A DNA stretch of 63,978 bases, the filler included, from Octopus bimaculoides (lineage: Eukaryota), in NCBI RefSeq assembly GCF_001194135.2. It is 7 parts of 6 records of this genome, joined end to end, with 100 filler letters (N's around TTAATTAATTAA, not from the genome) between each part and the next. Parts side by side here need not be neighbours in the genome. Positions count along the whole stretch, not along the records: positions 62,739 to 63,978 come from NC_068982.1; 6 more parts are not named here. One strand, written 5' to 3'. Positions 63,589 to 63,978 of the stretch are shown here, piece after piece. The notes under the pieces were generated by a model. That model searched no databases and had not been told where the DNA came from. It saw only the letters and a list, made by a program, of their open reading frames with translations. The position numbers and the translations under genes are program-made. Within the stretch, counting starts at the first letter, position 1, and the number at the start of each line of letters is the position of its first letter.

Positions 63589-63978
63589 TTACTCACTCAC
63601 ACAGACACACACACATGAACATACAAATAGGCACATATACACCGAAATTCAAATATATATTCGCATATTTATACAATAACCGTTATACACAAGCGTGTAT
63701 GGTTTGTTAGATTGTACCATACATTCGCTATTTGGTTTAGATGTCTTGTTGTTTCGATCAGAAAAAAAAAACACATTTTCAGTCTATTCACCCTTGACAC
63801 AAAAGAGAAGAACGGTATGACGTCTGAAATACGAGAGCTTTGTATAACCTCTTCAATGATATTCATATTCAGTGAAGTATGCTGGAGAAACTTGAAATAA
63901 AGTCCTTTGTTCAAGAGAAAAAAAGTCGTCCGAATTTTGGGAAAACTCTTATCATTTCTTCATTATTATTAGCGCTTT

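Overview
AT-rich, gap-riddled, microsatellite- and transposon-dense animal DNA. The SINE families resemble those I recall from Octopus/coleoid genomes; this is an inference, not a database match. No intact host gene is recognisable, and most long entries in the ORF track are artefacts of N-runs or simple repeats. The window is a mosaic of decayed mobile elements: restriction-like-endonuclease (RLE) non-LTR retrotransposons of at least three lineages (R4/Dong-like, CRE-like, HERO-like), RTE relics, a Ty3/Gypsy pol remnant, two Penelope-like elements plus a solo pseudo-LTR, mariner (DD34D) and maT-like transposase pseudogenes, several MITEs and many SINEs. The best leads are: (i) hammerhead ribozyme cores in three copies of the Penelope pseudo-LTR, two intact and one mutated; (ii) a CRE-like element with a canonical C4HC3 PHD finger upstream of its RT; (iii) repeated opposite-strand co-insertion of a SINE and R4/Dong-like LINEs in (AAT)n tracts; (iv) several perfect fold-back inverted repeats; and (v) weak candidate promoters/exons of an unidentified host gene. 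Six 100-bp gaps carry an artificial TTAATTAATTAA linker, so contiguity across them is uncertain. Element boundaries are approximate (tens of bp) unless TIRs or TSDs are quoted.
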